From: an uncultured Chitinophagales bacterium
GTDB taxonomy: Bacteria; Bacteroidota; Bacteroidia; Chitinophagales; UBA8649
Reading direction: 5' to 3'
Assembly (NCBI GenBank): GCA_963932515.1
Contig: CAWVRT010000004.1
Coordinates: 10,925-74,924, forward strand
DNA: 64,000 nucleotides
Shown here: piece by piece, positions 49,671 through 58,983 of the stretch
How positions within the stretch are numbered: the first letter of the stretch is position 1
Layout of the letters: the number at the start of each line of letters is the position of its first letter
The notes under the pieces: generated by a model
The model's database searches: none
What the model was told of the DNA's origin: nothing
Seen by the model: the letters and a program-made list of their open reading frames with translations, nothing else
Translations under genes and position numbers: made by a program

Positions 49671-50087
49671 ATGAGAATATTAATACTTTGTTCCGGAAAT
49701 TCTTGTAGAAGCCAAATGGCAGAAGGCTTTTTAAAAGCTTTTGATAAAAACATGGAAGTTTTTTCTTCGGGAACAAAACCTAGCGCTAGCGTTCATCCAA
49801 ATGCCGTAAAGGTAATGACTGAATTAGGTATAGATTTATCTAAAAACTACCCAAAATCTTTAGATCAGTTTTTAAATAAAGCGTTTGATTATGTGATAAC
49901 TGTTTGTGGAGGCGCACAAGAAAGTTGCCCAAATTTTACTGGAGAAGTAAAAAATAAATTACATATAGGTTTTGAAGATCCAGATGCAGTAATAGGAACT
50001 GAAGAAGAAATTCTCTTTGAGTTTAGAAAAATAAGAGATCAAATACTTAGAGACTTTTTTGCTTTCTATCAAAAGGAAGTAAAATAG
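49671..50087 (+). CDS. arsC: arsenate reductase, LMW-PTP / thioredoxin-coupled type
   Basis: ILILCSGNSCRSQMAEG is a CX5R P-loop. VCGGAQESC supplies the second and third Cys, 7 residues apart. The start is moved to ATG 49671, because the track start at 49632 overlaps acr3. Confidence 0.85.
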   Translation: MRILILCSGNSCRSQMAEGFLKAFDKNMEVFSSGTKPSASVHPNAVKVMTELGIDLSKNYPKSLDQFLNKAFDYVITVCGGAQESCPNFTGEVKNKLHIGFEDPDAVIGTEEEILFEFRKIRDQILRDFFAFYQKEVK

Positions 50088-50364
50088 ATGAAAAGAAGAT
50101 GCCAGCACGCCTACAGAATTAGATGAATACTTCGAAAAGATTGTAATTTACCAAATATATAGGTCTTCGAGAATTATAGTTTTTTGAAAGCAACAATTCC
50201 ATAAAAAATGTAATAAAAATCTCATTATAAAATTTGAGAGCAATAATATTTTGTTTTTTACATTTAGTAAGTATATATTTGAGAGCAAATAGCTTGTAAA
50301 GTAAGTTTTGAGTTTTAATAAACAAAGAATTTTAATAATCTTTTGGAAATTTTAATTCTTTCAG

Positions 50365-50372
50365 TATATTTG
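50365..50372 (+). promoter_or_regulatory. candidate -7 promoter box for tRNA-Ser
   Basis: TATATTTG lies 13 nt upstream of the first tRNA base. Confidence 0.5.
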
Positions 50373-50385
50373 ACATTCTGTGTTT

Positions 50386-50473
50386 GGAGAGGTGCAGGAG
50401 TGGCTGAACTGGCTCGCTTGGAAAGCGTGTAAACCTCACAAGGGTTTCAAGGGTTCGAATCCCTTTCTCTCCT
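50386..50473 (+). tRNA. tRNA-Ser (anticodon GGA)
   Basis: Hand-folded cloverleaf of 88 nt. Acceptor GGAGAGG/TCTCTCC; D-arm CAG/CTG with an AGTGGCTGAA loop. The anticodon stem CTCGC/GCGTG has one U-U mismatch, and the loop TTGGAAA gives anticodon GGA. There is a long variable arm (AAACC...GGTTT) and a T-arm AAGGG-TTCGAAT-CCCTT. No CCA is encoded. Confidence 0.9.
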
Positions 50474-50540
50474 CATTAAATTAAAATAAATATTAAACAA
50501 TAAATAAAATCAACCTTAAGAAAAAATAAAAACTTAAATT

Positions 50541-51278
50541 ATGAAAAAAGGAAAAATCATTATTGCTTCAGCTTTTATGTTTGCATTAATTTTAATGCCA
50601 ACCGTTACTTTTGCAGCAGATGCAGTAGAAATTGTTAAAGAATCTTGGGATCAAGTATTATTAAACAAATTTATTGAAGGTGGTGCTGGCTTTATGAGTA
50701 CCGTATTAATTGCTTTAATATTAGGATTAGCTTTTTGTATAGAAAGAATTATCGCTTTAAGTTTAGCTTCTACGAACACTAAAAAATTATTAAGTAGTGT
50801 AGAAGAAAATTTATCTTCAGGAAATGTAGCTGGTGCTTTAGAAGTTTGTAAAGCAAACAGAAGCCCTATTGCAAGTATTATGCACCAAGGTCTAGAAAGA
50901 GTAGAAGACGGAGTAGATGCAGTAGAAAAAGCAGTAGTTGCTTATGGTTCTGTAGAAATGGGCAGATTAGAAAAAGGATTAACTTGGATTTCTTTATTTA
51001 TAGCACTAGCACCAATGTTAGGGTTTATGGGTACAGTAATCGGTATGATTGGTGCATTTGATGCTATTCAAGCAGCAGGTGACATTTCTCCAACAGTTGT
51101 AGCAGGTGGCATTAAAGTAGCACTTTTAACAACCGTATTTGGTTTAATAGCAGCAATTATTTTACAAATCTTTTACAACTATATTGTTTCTAGAATAGAT
51201 AGTATTGTAAATGATATGGAAGGTGCTTCTATTACATTTGTAGATATGTTGATTCACAACAATATTGTTAAAAAATAA
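50541..51278 (+). CDS. exbB: MotA/TolQ/ExbB proton channel family protein
   Basis: 245 aa. N-terminal signal or anchor, 3 TM helices and the conserved LAPMLGFMGTVIGMIGAF block. Confidence 0.85.
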   Translation: MKKGKIIIASAFMFALILMPTVTFAADAVEIVKESWDQVLLNKFIEGGAGFMSTVLIALILGLAFCIERIIALSLASTNTKKLLSSVEENLSSGNVAGALEVCKANRSPIASIMHQGLERVEDGVDAVEKAVVAYGSVEMGRLEKGLTWISLFIALAPMLGFMGTVIGMIGAFDAIQAAGDISPTVVAGGIKVALLTTVFGLIAAIILQIFYNYIVSRIDSIVNDMEGASITFVDMLIHNNIVKK

Positions 51279-51289
51279 ACACTGAAAAT

Positions 51290-51628
51290 ATGATTTTATT
51301 AGATATATATTCCACAGGATTGTGGATTACATACGCGCTAATAGCATTGGCTGTGGTGGGTATGATATTAGGAATTGGTTTAGCTATTTTTCAAAACTTG
51401 AAAGAAGGTGGAATGGTTGCTATTATTAGTACTGTTATTTTACTAGTGTTATTCGGAATAGGATATGCTATGAGTTCTAGTACTGTTCCTGCAGGTTTAC
51501 AACAATATGTTGGCGAATCAGGATATCAATTATCTAGTGGTGGTTTGATAACTTTTTACATCATGGCTGCTATTGCTTCTATTTTAATGGTAACAGGTCT
51601 TGTGAAAGGTATTTTTGAAGGTAATTAA
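51290..51628 (+). CDS. small membrane protein, unknown function
   Basis: 112 aa with 3 predicted TM helices, sandwiched between exbB and exbD with 11- and 9-nt gaps. Confidence 0.45.
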   Translation: MILLDIYSTGLWITYALIALAVVGMILGIGLAIFQNLKEGGMVAIISTVILLVLFGIGYAMSSSTVPAGLQQYVGESGYQLSSGGLITFYIMAAIASILMVTGLVKGIFEGN

Positions 51629-51637
51629 AAAATAATT

Positions 51638-52234
51638 ATGGCAAGAAGTAAAAGAGGGTCAAAAGAAATTAATGCGAGTTCGATGGCAGATATTGCTTTC
51701 TTACTACTCATTTTCTTTCTAGTGACTACTACAATAGATCAAGACAAAGGTATCCTACATGGATTACCGCCTTGGACAGATATTCCACCACCAGACGTTA
51801 AATTGAAAGAGAAAAACGTTTTGGAAATTTTGGTAAACTCTGCAAATCAACTTTTAGTAGAAGGTGAATATATGGATGTTACTAGATTGAAAGATTTAAC
51901 AATCAAACACATTAGCAATAATGGTAGATTACCTGAATTTTCGGTTAGTCCAAAAGATGCAATTATTTCATTGAAAAATGATAGAGGAACTTCTTATGAT
52001 ATTTATATTCAAATTCAAAATGAATTGAAAGCTGCTTATTCTGAATTAAGGAATAAAGAAACAGATAAAGTTTCTAGAGGCGAGTTTTTAACTTATGACG
52101 AATTGAAGAAATGTACTGATCCAATGGAAGGGCATAAAAGACAACAGAAATGTAAAGAATGGAAGACTATTGTAAAAGAAGCTATTCCAATGAAAATTTC
52201 TGAAGCGGAACCTGAAAACATAGGAGGAAAGTAA
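51638..52234 (+). CDS. exbD: ExbD/TolR biopolymer transport protein
   Basis: 198 aa with the N-terminal SSMADIAFLLLIFFLVTTT anchor typical of ExbD/TolR. Confidence 0.8.
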   Translation: MARSKRGSKEINASSMADIAFLLLIFFLVTTTIDQDKGILHGLPPWTDIPPPDVKLKEKNVLEILVNSANQLLVEGEYMDVTRLKDLTIKHISNNGRLPEFSVSPKDAIISLKNDRGTSYDIYIQIQNELKAAYSELRNKETDKVSRGEFLTYDELKKCTDPMEGHKRQQKCKEWKTIVKEAIPMKISEAEPENIGGK

Positions 52235-52236
52235 TT

Positions 52237-52704
52237 ATGGGAAGAATTAATAAAAAGAAAAAAGAAACACCAGAAATATCAACAGCATCTTTGCCAGATA
52301 TTATCTTTATCTTATTATTCTTTTTTATGGTAACTACTGTAATGAGAAAAAGTGATTTAATGTTAGAGTCAAACACTCCTCAAGCGACAGAGTTAACTAA
52401 AATAAAATTTAAGCAAGCAACGGCTTATGTTTTTATTGGTGCACCAAAAAAAGAACATCAAGATAAATATGGTAATAAACCAAGAATTCAATTGGATGAT
52501 GCAATCAGACCAGTAGAATCTGTTCAAAAATTTATAAAGGAAAAATATGCATTAGTTCCTTCAGGTCTTAAAGGACAATTTATTGTTTCTCTAAGAGTAG
52601 ATAAAGAGGCAACTATGGGTATTGTTTCTGATGTAAAACAAGAATTAAGAAAAGCAGATGCTTTAAAAATTAACTATTCTACAAAAATTAGAATTGATCA
52701 ATAA
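52237..52704 (+). CDS. exbD: ExbD/TolR biopolymer transport protein (second copy)
   Basis: 155 aa with the ASLPDIIFILLFFFMVTT anchor. It starts 2 nt after the previous gene. Confidence 0.8.
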   Translation: MGRINKKKKETPEISTASLPDIIFILLFFFMVTTVMRKSDLMLESNTPQATELTKIKFKQATAYVFIGAPKKEHQDKYGNKPRIQLDDAIRPVESVQKFIKEKYALVPSGLKGQFIVSLRVDKEATMGIVSDVKQELRKADALKINYSTKIRIDQ

Positions 52705-52727
52705 TTTTTAAACGCAAACGTGTATAT

Positions 52728-52758
52728 AAAGGCAATCAAATAATGATTGCCTTTTTTT
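52728..52758 (+). terminator. rho-independent terminator after the exbB-exbD cluster
   Basis: ggcaatca (52731-52738) pairs perfectly with tgattgcc (52744-52751) around a 5-nt loop, followed by a 7-T run. Confidence 0.75.
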
Positions 52759-52770
52759 ATGTAATTAACT

Positions 52771-52778
52771 TATCTTTG
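52771..52778 (+). promoter_or_regulatory. candidate -7 promoter box for yidD
   Basis: TATCTTTG lies 43 nt upstream of GTG 52822. Confidence 0.35.
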
Positions 52779-52821
52779 AAATATCAAAACAATAAACAAC
52801 ATACTATCTTTCCCTTTTATA

Positions 52822-53013
52822 GTGCTTATAACGGTTTACCAATTAACCCTTTCTCCTTGGTTGCCTAGTAATTGTAGGTATAATCCAACTTGCTCACATT
52901 ATAGCATAGAAGCATTACAAAAATACGGACTAATAAAAGGTTTTATACTGAGTATCAAAAGAATTGGCTCCTGCCATCCTTGGGGAGGAAGTGGATATGA
53001 TCCTGTACCATAA
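52822..53013 (+). CDS. yidD: membrane protein insertion efficiency factor YidD
   Basis: 63 aa with [31 protein letters not shown]...[13 protein letters not shown], the hallmark YidD sequence. GTG start, with an in-frame stop at 52777. Confidence 0.8.
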   Translation: MLITVYQLTLSPWLPSNCRYNPTCSHYSIEALQKYGLIKGFILSIKRIGSCHPWGGSGYDPVP

Positions 53014-53033
53014 ATATTAAATAAAATTCTAAC

Positions 53034-53041
53034 TATCTTTG
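53034..53041 (+). promoter_or_regulatory. candidate -7 promoter box for the mutase gene
   Basis: TATCTTTG lies only 4 nt before ATG 53046, so the real start may be ATG 53076 (MKSSF...). Confidence 0.35.
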
Positions 53042-53045
53042 CCTT

Positions 53046-55103
53046 ATGACCAAAACAACAGCTGAAGGAATTAAAATGAAATCTTCTTTTTCTAAGGAAG
53101 ATTTGAAAAATGTAAATCATATAGGTTTTGCAGCTGGAATTGCCCCTAATTTAAGAGGACCTTACAGTACAATGTATCTTTCTAGACCTTGGACTATCAG
53201 GCAATATGCAGGATTCTCTACAGCAGAAAAATCAAATGCTTTTTATAGAAGAAACTTAGCTGCTGGTCAAAAAGGGCTTTCTGTTGCTTTCGATTTAGCA
53301 ACGCATAGAGGTTATGATTCCGACCATCCTAGAGTTACAGGCGATGTAGGAATGGCAGGTGTTGCCATAGATTCTATTTTAGACATGAAAATTTTGTTCG
53401 ACCAAATTCCATTAGATGAAATGTCTGTTTCTATGACAATGAATGGCGCTGTATTACCTATAATGGCTTTTTACATAGTAGCAGCAGAAGAGCAAGGCGT
53501 AGATAAAAAATTGCTCTCTGGAACCATACAAAACGATATTTTGAAGGAATTTATGGTGAGAAATACTTACATCTACCCACCAAAAAAATCCATGAGAATC
53601 ATTAGCGATATTTTTAAATATACCGCTAACGAAATGCCTAAGTTCAATTCTATTTCTATCAGTGGTTACCACATGCAAGAAGCAGGAGCAACAGCAGATA
53701 TAGAATTAGCATATACATTAGCAGACGGCTTGCAATACTTAAAAGCTGGTGTTGAAGCAGGTTTAGATATAGATTCATTTGCACCAAGATTATCTTTCTT
53801 TTGGGCAATAGGCATGAATCATTTTATAGAAATTGCTAAAATGAGAGCGGCAAGAATACTTTGGGCGAAAATTGTAAAGCAATTTAATCCGAAAAATCCG
53901 AAATCGATGGTATTGAGAACACATTGTCAAACTTCTGGGTGGAGTTTAACAGAGCAAGATCCAATGAACAATGTCGCTAGAACAACTATTGAGGGATTAT
54001 CAGCGGTTTTTGGTGGAACGCAATCATTGCATACCAATTCTTATGATGAAGCCATTGCTTTACCGACAGATGAATCTGCAAGAATTGCTAGAAATACACA
54101 AAAATATATTCAACAAGAAACAGATATTACCAAAGCAGTAGATCCTTGGGCTGGTTCTTATTATATAGAATACTTAACGAAACAACTAGCTGATAAAGCT
54201 TGGGCTTTAATAGAAGAAGTAGAAGGCTTAGGCGGTATGGCTACTGCAATAGATAGTGGTTTACCAAAAATACGAATTGAAGAAGCAGCTGCAAAAAAAC
54301 AAGCAAGAATAGATAGTGGGCAAGATATAATAGTCGGTGTAAATAAATACAAATTAGAAAAAGAAGAACAGCTAGAAATTTTAGAAATAGATAATGATGC
54401 TGTTAGAGAATCACAAATAGCTAGAATTAAAAAATTAAAAGCAGCTAGAAATACTGAAGAAGTAGCGCTTGCAATCGAAAAAATAAGAATTTCAGCTAAA
54501 ACAGATGAAGGAAATTTATTAGAATTAGCTGTAGATGCGGCTAGAAAAAGAGCTACATTAGGAGAAATTTCTGATGCTTTAGAATCTGAATTTGGAAGAT
54601 ATAAAGCAGTCATTAAATCTATAGCTGGCATATATTCAAATGAAATGAAACAAGACAAAACTTTTGAAAAAGCACAACAATTAGCAGATAAATTTGCTGA
54701 GCAAGATGGTAGAAGACCAAGAATATTAGTTGCCAAAATGGGACAAGATGGTCACGATAGAGGAGCAAAAGTAATTGCGACAAGTTTTGCCGATTTAGGT
54801 TTTGATGTAGACATAGGGCCCTTGTTTCAAACACCAAAAGAAGTTGCTATGCAATCCGCTATCAATGATGTACACATTTTGGGTGTGTCTAGTTTAGCTA
54901 ACGGACACAAAGCGCTTATTCCACAAGTAATAGCAGAATTAGAAAAAATTGGAAGACCAGATATTTTAGTAGTAGCTGGTGGCGTAATCCCTCAACAAGA
55001 TTATGCCTTCTTATTTGAAGCTGGGGTTGTTGCCGTATTTGGTCCTGGAACAAAAATTCCTGAAGCAGCCATTGAAATTTTGAATGTGATGCTAGCGGAT
55101 TAA
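53046..55103 (+). CDS. methylmalonyl-CoA mutase, single-chain (substrate barrel plus B12-binding domain)
   Basis: 685 aa. [47 protein letters not shown] has Tyr, as in MCM, rather than Phe, as in isobutyryl-CoA mutase. The C-terminal B12 motif is [11 protein letters not shown] (DxHxxG). Alternative start at 53076. Confidence 0.9.
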   Translation: MTKTTAEGIKMKSSFSKEDLKNVNHIGFAAGIAPNLRGPYSTMYLSRPWTIRQYAGFSTAEKSNAFYRRNLAAGQKGLSVAFDLATHRGYDSDHPRVTGDVGMAGVAIDSILDMKILFDQIPLDEMSVSMTMNGAVLPIMAFYIVAAEEQGVDKKLLSGTIQNDILKEFMVRNTYIYPPKKSMRIISDIFKYTANEMPKFNSISISGYHMQEAGATADIELAYTLADGLQYLKAGVEAGLDIDSFAPRLSFFWAIGMNHFIEIAKMRAARILWAKIVKQFNPKNPKSMVLRTHCQTSGWSLTEQDPMNNVARTTIEGLSAVFGGTQSLHTNSYDEAIALPTDESARIARNTQKYIQQETDITKAVDPWAGSYYIEYLTKQLADKAWALIEEVEGLGGMATAIDSGLPKIRIEEAAAKKQARIDSGQDIIVGVNKYKLEKEEQLEILEIDNDAVRESQIARIKKLKAARNTEEVALAIEKIRISAKTDEGNLLELAVDAARKRATLGEISDALESEFGRYKAVIKSIAGIYSNEMKQDKTFEKAQQLADKFAEQDGRRPRILVAKMGQDGHDRGAKVIATSFADLGFDVDIGPLFQTPKEVAMQSAINDVHILGVSSLANGHKALIPQVIAELEKIGRPDILVVAGGVIPQQDYAFLFEAGVVAVFGPGTKIPEAAIEILNVMLAD

Positions 55104-55243
55104 TGCTTTTATAACAAAAATTATCTCCTACGCTACTTAGCTTTTCATATTACAAATGCTTTCTTTTGTTAAAAAAACATCATAGGCAATCTAAATCACT
55201 TTATATCGTCTAATAATTACTAATTTTAAATTAAACGATTCTG

Positions 55244-55852
55244 ATGATTCAATTAAAAACACTAATATTGTTTTCCATTTTAATAATTAATAAATCAAAC
55301 GTAATGAGCGCAACAAAAGATATTCAAACGGCTACTTTTGGGTCTGGTTGTTTTTGGTGTGTTGAAGCTATTTTTCAACAAGTAAAAGGAGTTTCAGCTG
55401 TAAAATCTGGCTATATGGGTGGTGATAATCCTAAGCCAACTTACAAGGAAGTTTGCAATGGAACTACTGGTTATGCAGAAGTAATTCAATTAGAATATGA
55501 TAGGGAGCTTATTTCTTTTGATGAATTACTAGAAATTTTTTGGAAAACACACGATCCAACTACTTTAAACCAACAAGGAGCAGATAAAGGAACACAATAT
55601 CGTTCCGCAATTTTTTATCATTCTGAAGAACAAAAAACAAAGGCTTTAGAATATAAAAAAGCTTTAAACGAAGCTAAAATTTGGGAAAATCCAATAGTTA
55701 CAGAAATTACGAAAGCTGACGTTTTTTATGCTGCAGAAGCTTATCATCAAGATTATTATGAATCTAATAAAAATGGAAATTCCTATTGCAGTTTTGTCAT
55801 TACTCCAAAAGTTGAGAAATTTAGAAAGCTATTTAAAGATAAAATAAAATAG
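55244..55852 (+). CDS. msrA: peptide-methionine (S)-S-oxide reductase
   Basis: Contains ATFGSGCFWCVEA, the active-site GCFWC. The first 20 codons are hydrophobic (a possible signal peptide). Alternative start at ATG 55304. Confidence 0.9.
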   Translation: MIQLKTLILFSILIINKSNVMSATKDIQTATFGSGCFWCVEAIFQQVKGVSAVKSGYMGGDNPKPTYKEVCNGTTGYAEVIQLEYDRELISFDELLEIFWKTHDPTTLNQQGADKGTQYRSAIFYHSEEQKTKALEYKKALNEAKIWENPIVTEITKADVFYAAEAYHQDYYESNKNGNSYCSFVITPKVEKFRKLFKDKIK

Positions 55853-55878
55853 AAAATACTTTATTAGTCCTTTAAACG

Positions 55879-55886
55879 TATTTTTG
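55879..55886 (+). promoter_or_regulatory. candidate -7 promoter box for the nfu-like gene
   Basis: TATTTTTG lies 12 nt upstream of ATG 55899. The track start TTG 55884 is inside the box. Confidence 0.45.
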
Positions 55887-55898
55887 CAAAAAAAAATC

Positions 55899-56501
55899 AT
55901 GAACAAAATTCAAGTTCCAAGGTATATAGAAATATTTACAGAAAGTACACCAAACCCAAGAACATTAAAATTTCTTTTCAATTTTATGTTATTACCGGAT
56001 AGTATTTTAGAATGCACATCTATTGAGCAAACTAAAGATTCGATATTAGCTAAAGAATTGTTAACAAACGATAGTATTTCTTCTGTTTTTATTTCGAACA
56101 ATTTTATTACGCTAACCAAATCTGAAACAACAGATAAAGAATGGTTTGAGTTAACGATAGAGTTAAAAGAATACTTTAAAACATTTTTCCAATCAGGTAA
56201 AGAGGCTATTAATCCAGACTACAAAGAAGAAACACCTGAAAGAACAGTTGTCAGCGATGAACATAATTCAGAAATAATCGAAAAAATAATAATGCTTTTA
56301 GATAAGTATGTTAAACCAGCGGTTGAAAAAGATGGTGGAAATATTGCTTTTAGAAGTTTTGAAAATGGGATTGTAAGTGTTCAACTACAAGGCTCGTGTA
56401 GTGGCTGTCCGTCATCTCTTATTACCTTAAAAAACGGAATTGAAGGATTACTTAAAAAAATGATTCCAGAAGTAGAAGAAGTTGTAGCTATAAACGATTA
56501 A
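55899..56501 (+). CDS. NifU/Nfu-family Fe-S cluster scaffold or carrier protein
   Basis: N-terminal Nfu_N-like domain (TPNPRTLKF), then a C-terminal NifU domain with VQLQGSCSGCPSS (CxxC). Confidence 0.8.
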   Translation: MNKIQVPRYIEIFTESTPNPRTLKFLFNFMLLPDSILECTSIEQTKDSILAKELLTNDSISSVFISNNFITLTKSETTDKEWFELTIELKEYFKTFFQSGKEAINPDYKEETPERTVVSDEHNSEIIEKIIMLLDKYVKPAVEKDGGNIAFRSFENGIVSVQLQGSCSGCPSSLITLKNGIEGLLKKMIPEVEEVVAIND

Positions 56502-56513
56502 ATCAAAAAAGCG

Positions 56514-56521
56514 TATTTTTG
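56514..56521 (+). promoter_or_regulatory. candidate -7 promoter box
   Basis: TATTTTTG lies 18 nt upstream of ATG 56540. Confidence 0.45.
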
Positions 56522-56539
56522 TATATTAACCTTTACTAA

Positions 56540-58585
56540 ATGAATAACTTTTGGCAAGATCTAGGCCTAAAAACCAAAATTTTTTTACAGCTAGCTTTAG
56601 CTATTTTTACTATATTTTTTGTATTTTATTTTATTCCAAAAGTAAATAATTTTAAGTATTCCTATGAGCAGGGGAAACCTTGGCAATATGAAGAACTTTA
56701 TTCTCCTTATGATTTTGCGATCGTAAAACCAGAAAATGTTTTAAATCAAGAAAAAGAAGAAATTGTAAAATCATTAAAGCAATATTTTGTAGTTCAAGAT
56801 TTTAAAAATGAGTCTTTGAGCAAGTTTACTAAGCTGTTTTATTCACGAGTACAACAGTTAGATCCTTTAGATGTTTTAAGAGCAAAAGAGCAAGGATTAG
56901 CTAAAAAAGGGAAGGAAATACTCCATAATATTTATTTAAAAGGAATCATTGCTATAAAAGGAAATCAATCTATCATGTTGGTTGAAAACAATGTGGCAAA
57001 AAATAAAACTGCATCAAACTTTTATACACTTACTACAGCCAAAGAACAAATAGCTTTAGAAGTTTTTAATAGTGAAGAAGAAAAGAACTTTTTAGTTCCC
57101 TTATTAAAAATGAGCTTGATAGAAAACATTGTTTTTGATGAAGAACTTAGTAATACTTTAAAAGAAAAAACACTTTCAGAAATTTCTACGACCAAAGGAA
57201 TGGTTAAGAAAGATGAAAAGATAATTAGTAAAGGAGAAATAGTAAATCTATTAAGTTTTCTAAAACTAAAATCTTTTGAAAAAAAGCATTCAGAACAAAT
57301 ATTAGGGGAAAGTCAGTCAAATTATATGGCCATTGGGTATTTTTTATTAATAGGAATTCTTATTGCTATTTTGGTGCTATATTTATATATTTATCAAAGA
57401 GATATTTTTAGTCATTTTAGGCAGTTTTTACTTATCTTTTTATTGATTAATGTATTTGTTTTCTTAACTGCTTTTAGCTTAAAATTTGATGCTTTAATTT
57501 TGTATGTACTTCCATTTTCAATTGTTCCTATCGTATTACGAGCATTTTTTAAAAGAGAAACCGCTCTATATGTACATTTAACAATAATATTTTTAGCCGC
57601 TTTATTTGTACCAAAAGCATTTCATTTCGTATTTATACAGTTTATCGCAGGTGTTGCAGCTATTTATGGTAATAAGGATGTGAAATATTGGTCTCAATTT
57701 TTTAAAGCTATCGCATTCATTTTTGTAGCATATTTAATAAGTTATTTAGGTTTATCATTAGCAGAAAATGGTAATTTAGACTCTATAAAATTGCCTATAA
57801 TTGGTTTATTAGCATTGAACGTTTTCTTAAGTTTCTTAGCTTATCCGCTTATCGTGTTTTTCGAAAAAATAATTGGTTTAATTACAGATATTTCTTTAGT
57901 AGAATATACAGATATCAATAAACCCCTTTTAAAAAGATTATCTCTTGAAGCCCCAGGAACTTTTCAGCATTCTTTACAAGTTTCTAACTTGGCAGAAGCA
58001 GCAGCTTCAGAAATTGGTGCAAATTCATTATTGGTAAAAGTAGGTGCGTTATATCATGATATTGGGAAAATGGTGCAATCTATTTATTTTATTGAAAACC
58101 AGTTTCCGGATGAAAATCCGCATTCTAAATTAAGCTACAAAGAAAGTGCAAAAATTATTATTGCACATGTTACAGATGGTGTTAAATTGGCAAATAAGAA
58201 TGGAATTCCTCAACAAATTATTGAGTTTATTCAAACGCATCATGGAACTACCCGAGTTGAATATTTTTATAGAATGCATGCAAAAGTTCATAAGGAAGAA
58301 ATAATTAATGACCAAACATTTAAATATCCTGGTCCTGCACCTTTTAGAAAAGAACATGCAATTTTAATGATGGCAGATTCTGTAGAAGCTGGTTCTAAAA
58401 GTTTAAAAAATCCTACACACGAATCTTTATGTGAATTAGTAGATGAAATAATAGATCATCAAAAGAAGAGAGGTCAATTCGACAATGTTCCTATTACTTT
58501 AAAGGAAATAACGCAATGTAAAGAAGTCTTTAAAAAAATGCTAGCAAGTATCTATCACATTCGAATAGAATATCCAAAACAATAA
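56540..58585 (+). CDS. 7TM-receptor-linked HD/HDIG phosphohydrolase (PgpH/YqfF-like)
   Basis: 681 aa. Extracytoplasmic N-domain, a 7-TM block and a C-terminal HD domain (FQHSLQVSNLAE...ALYHDIGK...HHG). Confidence 0.8.
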   Translation: MNNFWQDLGLKTKIFLQLALAIFTIFFVFYFIPKVNNFKYSYEQGKPWQYEELYSPYDFAIVKPENVLNQEKEEIVKSLKQYFVVQDFKNESLSKFTKLFYSRVQQLDPLDVLRAKEQGLAKKGKEILHNIYLKGIIAIKGNQSIMLVENNVAKNKTASNFYTLTTAKEQIALEVFNSEEEKNFLVPLLKMSLIENIVFDEELSNTLKEKTLSEISTTKGMVKKDEKIISKGEIVNLLSFLKLKSFEKKHSEQILGESQSNYMAIGYFLLIGILIAILVLYLYIYQRDIFSHFRQFLLIFLLINVFVFLTAFSLKFDALILYVLPFSIVPIVLRAFFKRETALYVHLTIIFLAALFVPKAFHFVFIQFIAGVAAIYGNKDVKYWSQFFKAIAFIFVAYLISYLGLSLAENGNLDSIKLPIIGLLALNVFLSFLAYPLIVFFEKIIGLITDISLVEYTDINKPLLKRLSLEAPGTFQHSLQVSNLAEAAASEIGANSLLVKVGALYHDIGKMVQSIYFIENQFPDENPHSKLSYKESAKIIIAHVTDGVKLANKNGIPQQIIEFIQTHHGTTRVEYFYRMHAKVHKEEIINDQTFKYPGPAPFRKEHAILMMADSVEAGSKSLKNPTHESLCELVDEIIDHQKKRGQFDNVPITLKEITQCKEVFKKMLASIYHIRIEYPKQ

Positions 58586-58626
58586 TCTTACTATTTTTTT
58601 ATTTAGAAAGATTCCAAATAAAAAAC

Positions 58627-58634
58627 TACCTTTG
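58627..58634 (+). promoter_or_regulatory. candidate -7 promoter box
   Basis: TACCTTTG lies 5 nt upstream of ATG 58640, which would give a leaderless or very short-leader transcript. Confidence 0.35.
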
Positions 58635-58639
58635 TTCTT

Positions 58640-58966
58640 ATGTTGTACGTTTCTGAAAAAGCAAAAGCTAAAATAATAGCAATTAAAGAGTCAAAAAATC
58701 AAGGAGAAGATTTCTTTGTAAGGGTAAGTGTAGAGGGCGGAGGTTGTTCTGGCTTGACTTACAAAATGGACTTTGATAATGAAATGAAAGGCGAAGATCA
58801 AGAATTTGAAGATAAAGGCATCCGAATAGTTACTGATTTATCTAGTTTTCTATATTTAGTAGATACTACTTTAGAATATTCTGCAGGTTTGAACGGAAAA
58901 GGGTTTCACTTTGTAAATCCAAATGCTTCCAGAACATGTAGTTGTGGAGAAAGCTTTTCAGTTTAA
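58640..58966 (+). CDS. erpA: HesB/IscA/ErpA-family iron-sulfur cluster insertion protein
   Basis: 108 aa with GGGCSG and the C-terminal CSCGESF motif. Confidence 0.85.
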   Translation: MLYVSEKAKAKIIAIKESKNQGEDFFVRVSVEGGGCSGLTYKMDFDNEMKGEDQEFEDKGIRIVTDLSSFLYLVDTTLEYSAGLNGKGFHFVNPNASRTCSCGESFSV

Positions 58967-58983
58967 TAATTACTTAAACTTTC

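Noticed and set aside
50119-50325. 68-aa minus-strand ORF in the arsC / tRNA-Ser spacer.
   Set aside because: Extremely AT-rich, with a low-complexity translation and no motif. It was treated as non-coding spacer (see the finding on repeats there).
47886-50385. Direct repeat of the tRNA-Ser 3' end (att-like site) that would delimit a genomic island containing the ars genes.
   Set aside because: I could not find a copy of ggttcgaatccctttctctcc or a long fragment of it by eye. This needs a computational search before any island claim.
54161-54736. 191-aa minus-strand ORF (plus 54619-54837 and 53454-53678) inside the methylmalonyl-CoA mutase gene.
   Set aside because: Antisense shadow ORFs with low-complexity Ser/Ala/Ile-rich translation. 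They are fully contained in a strongly supported gene.
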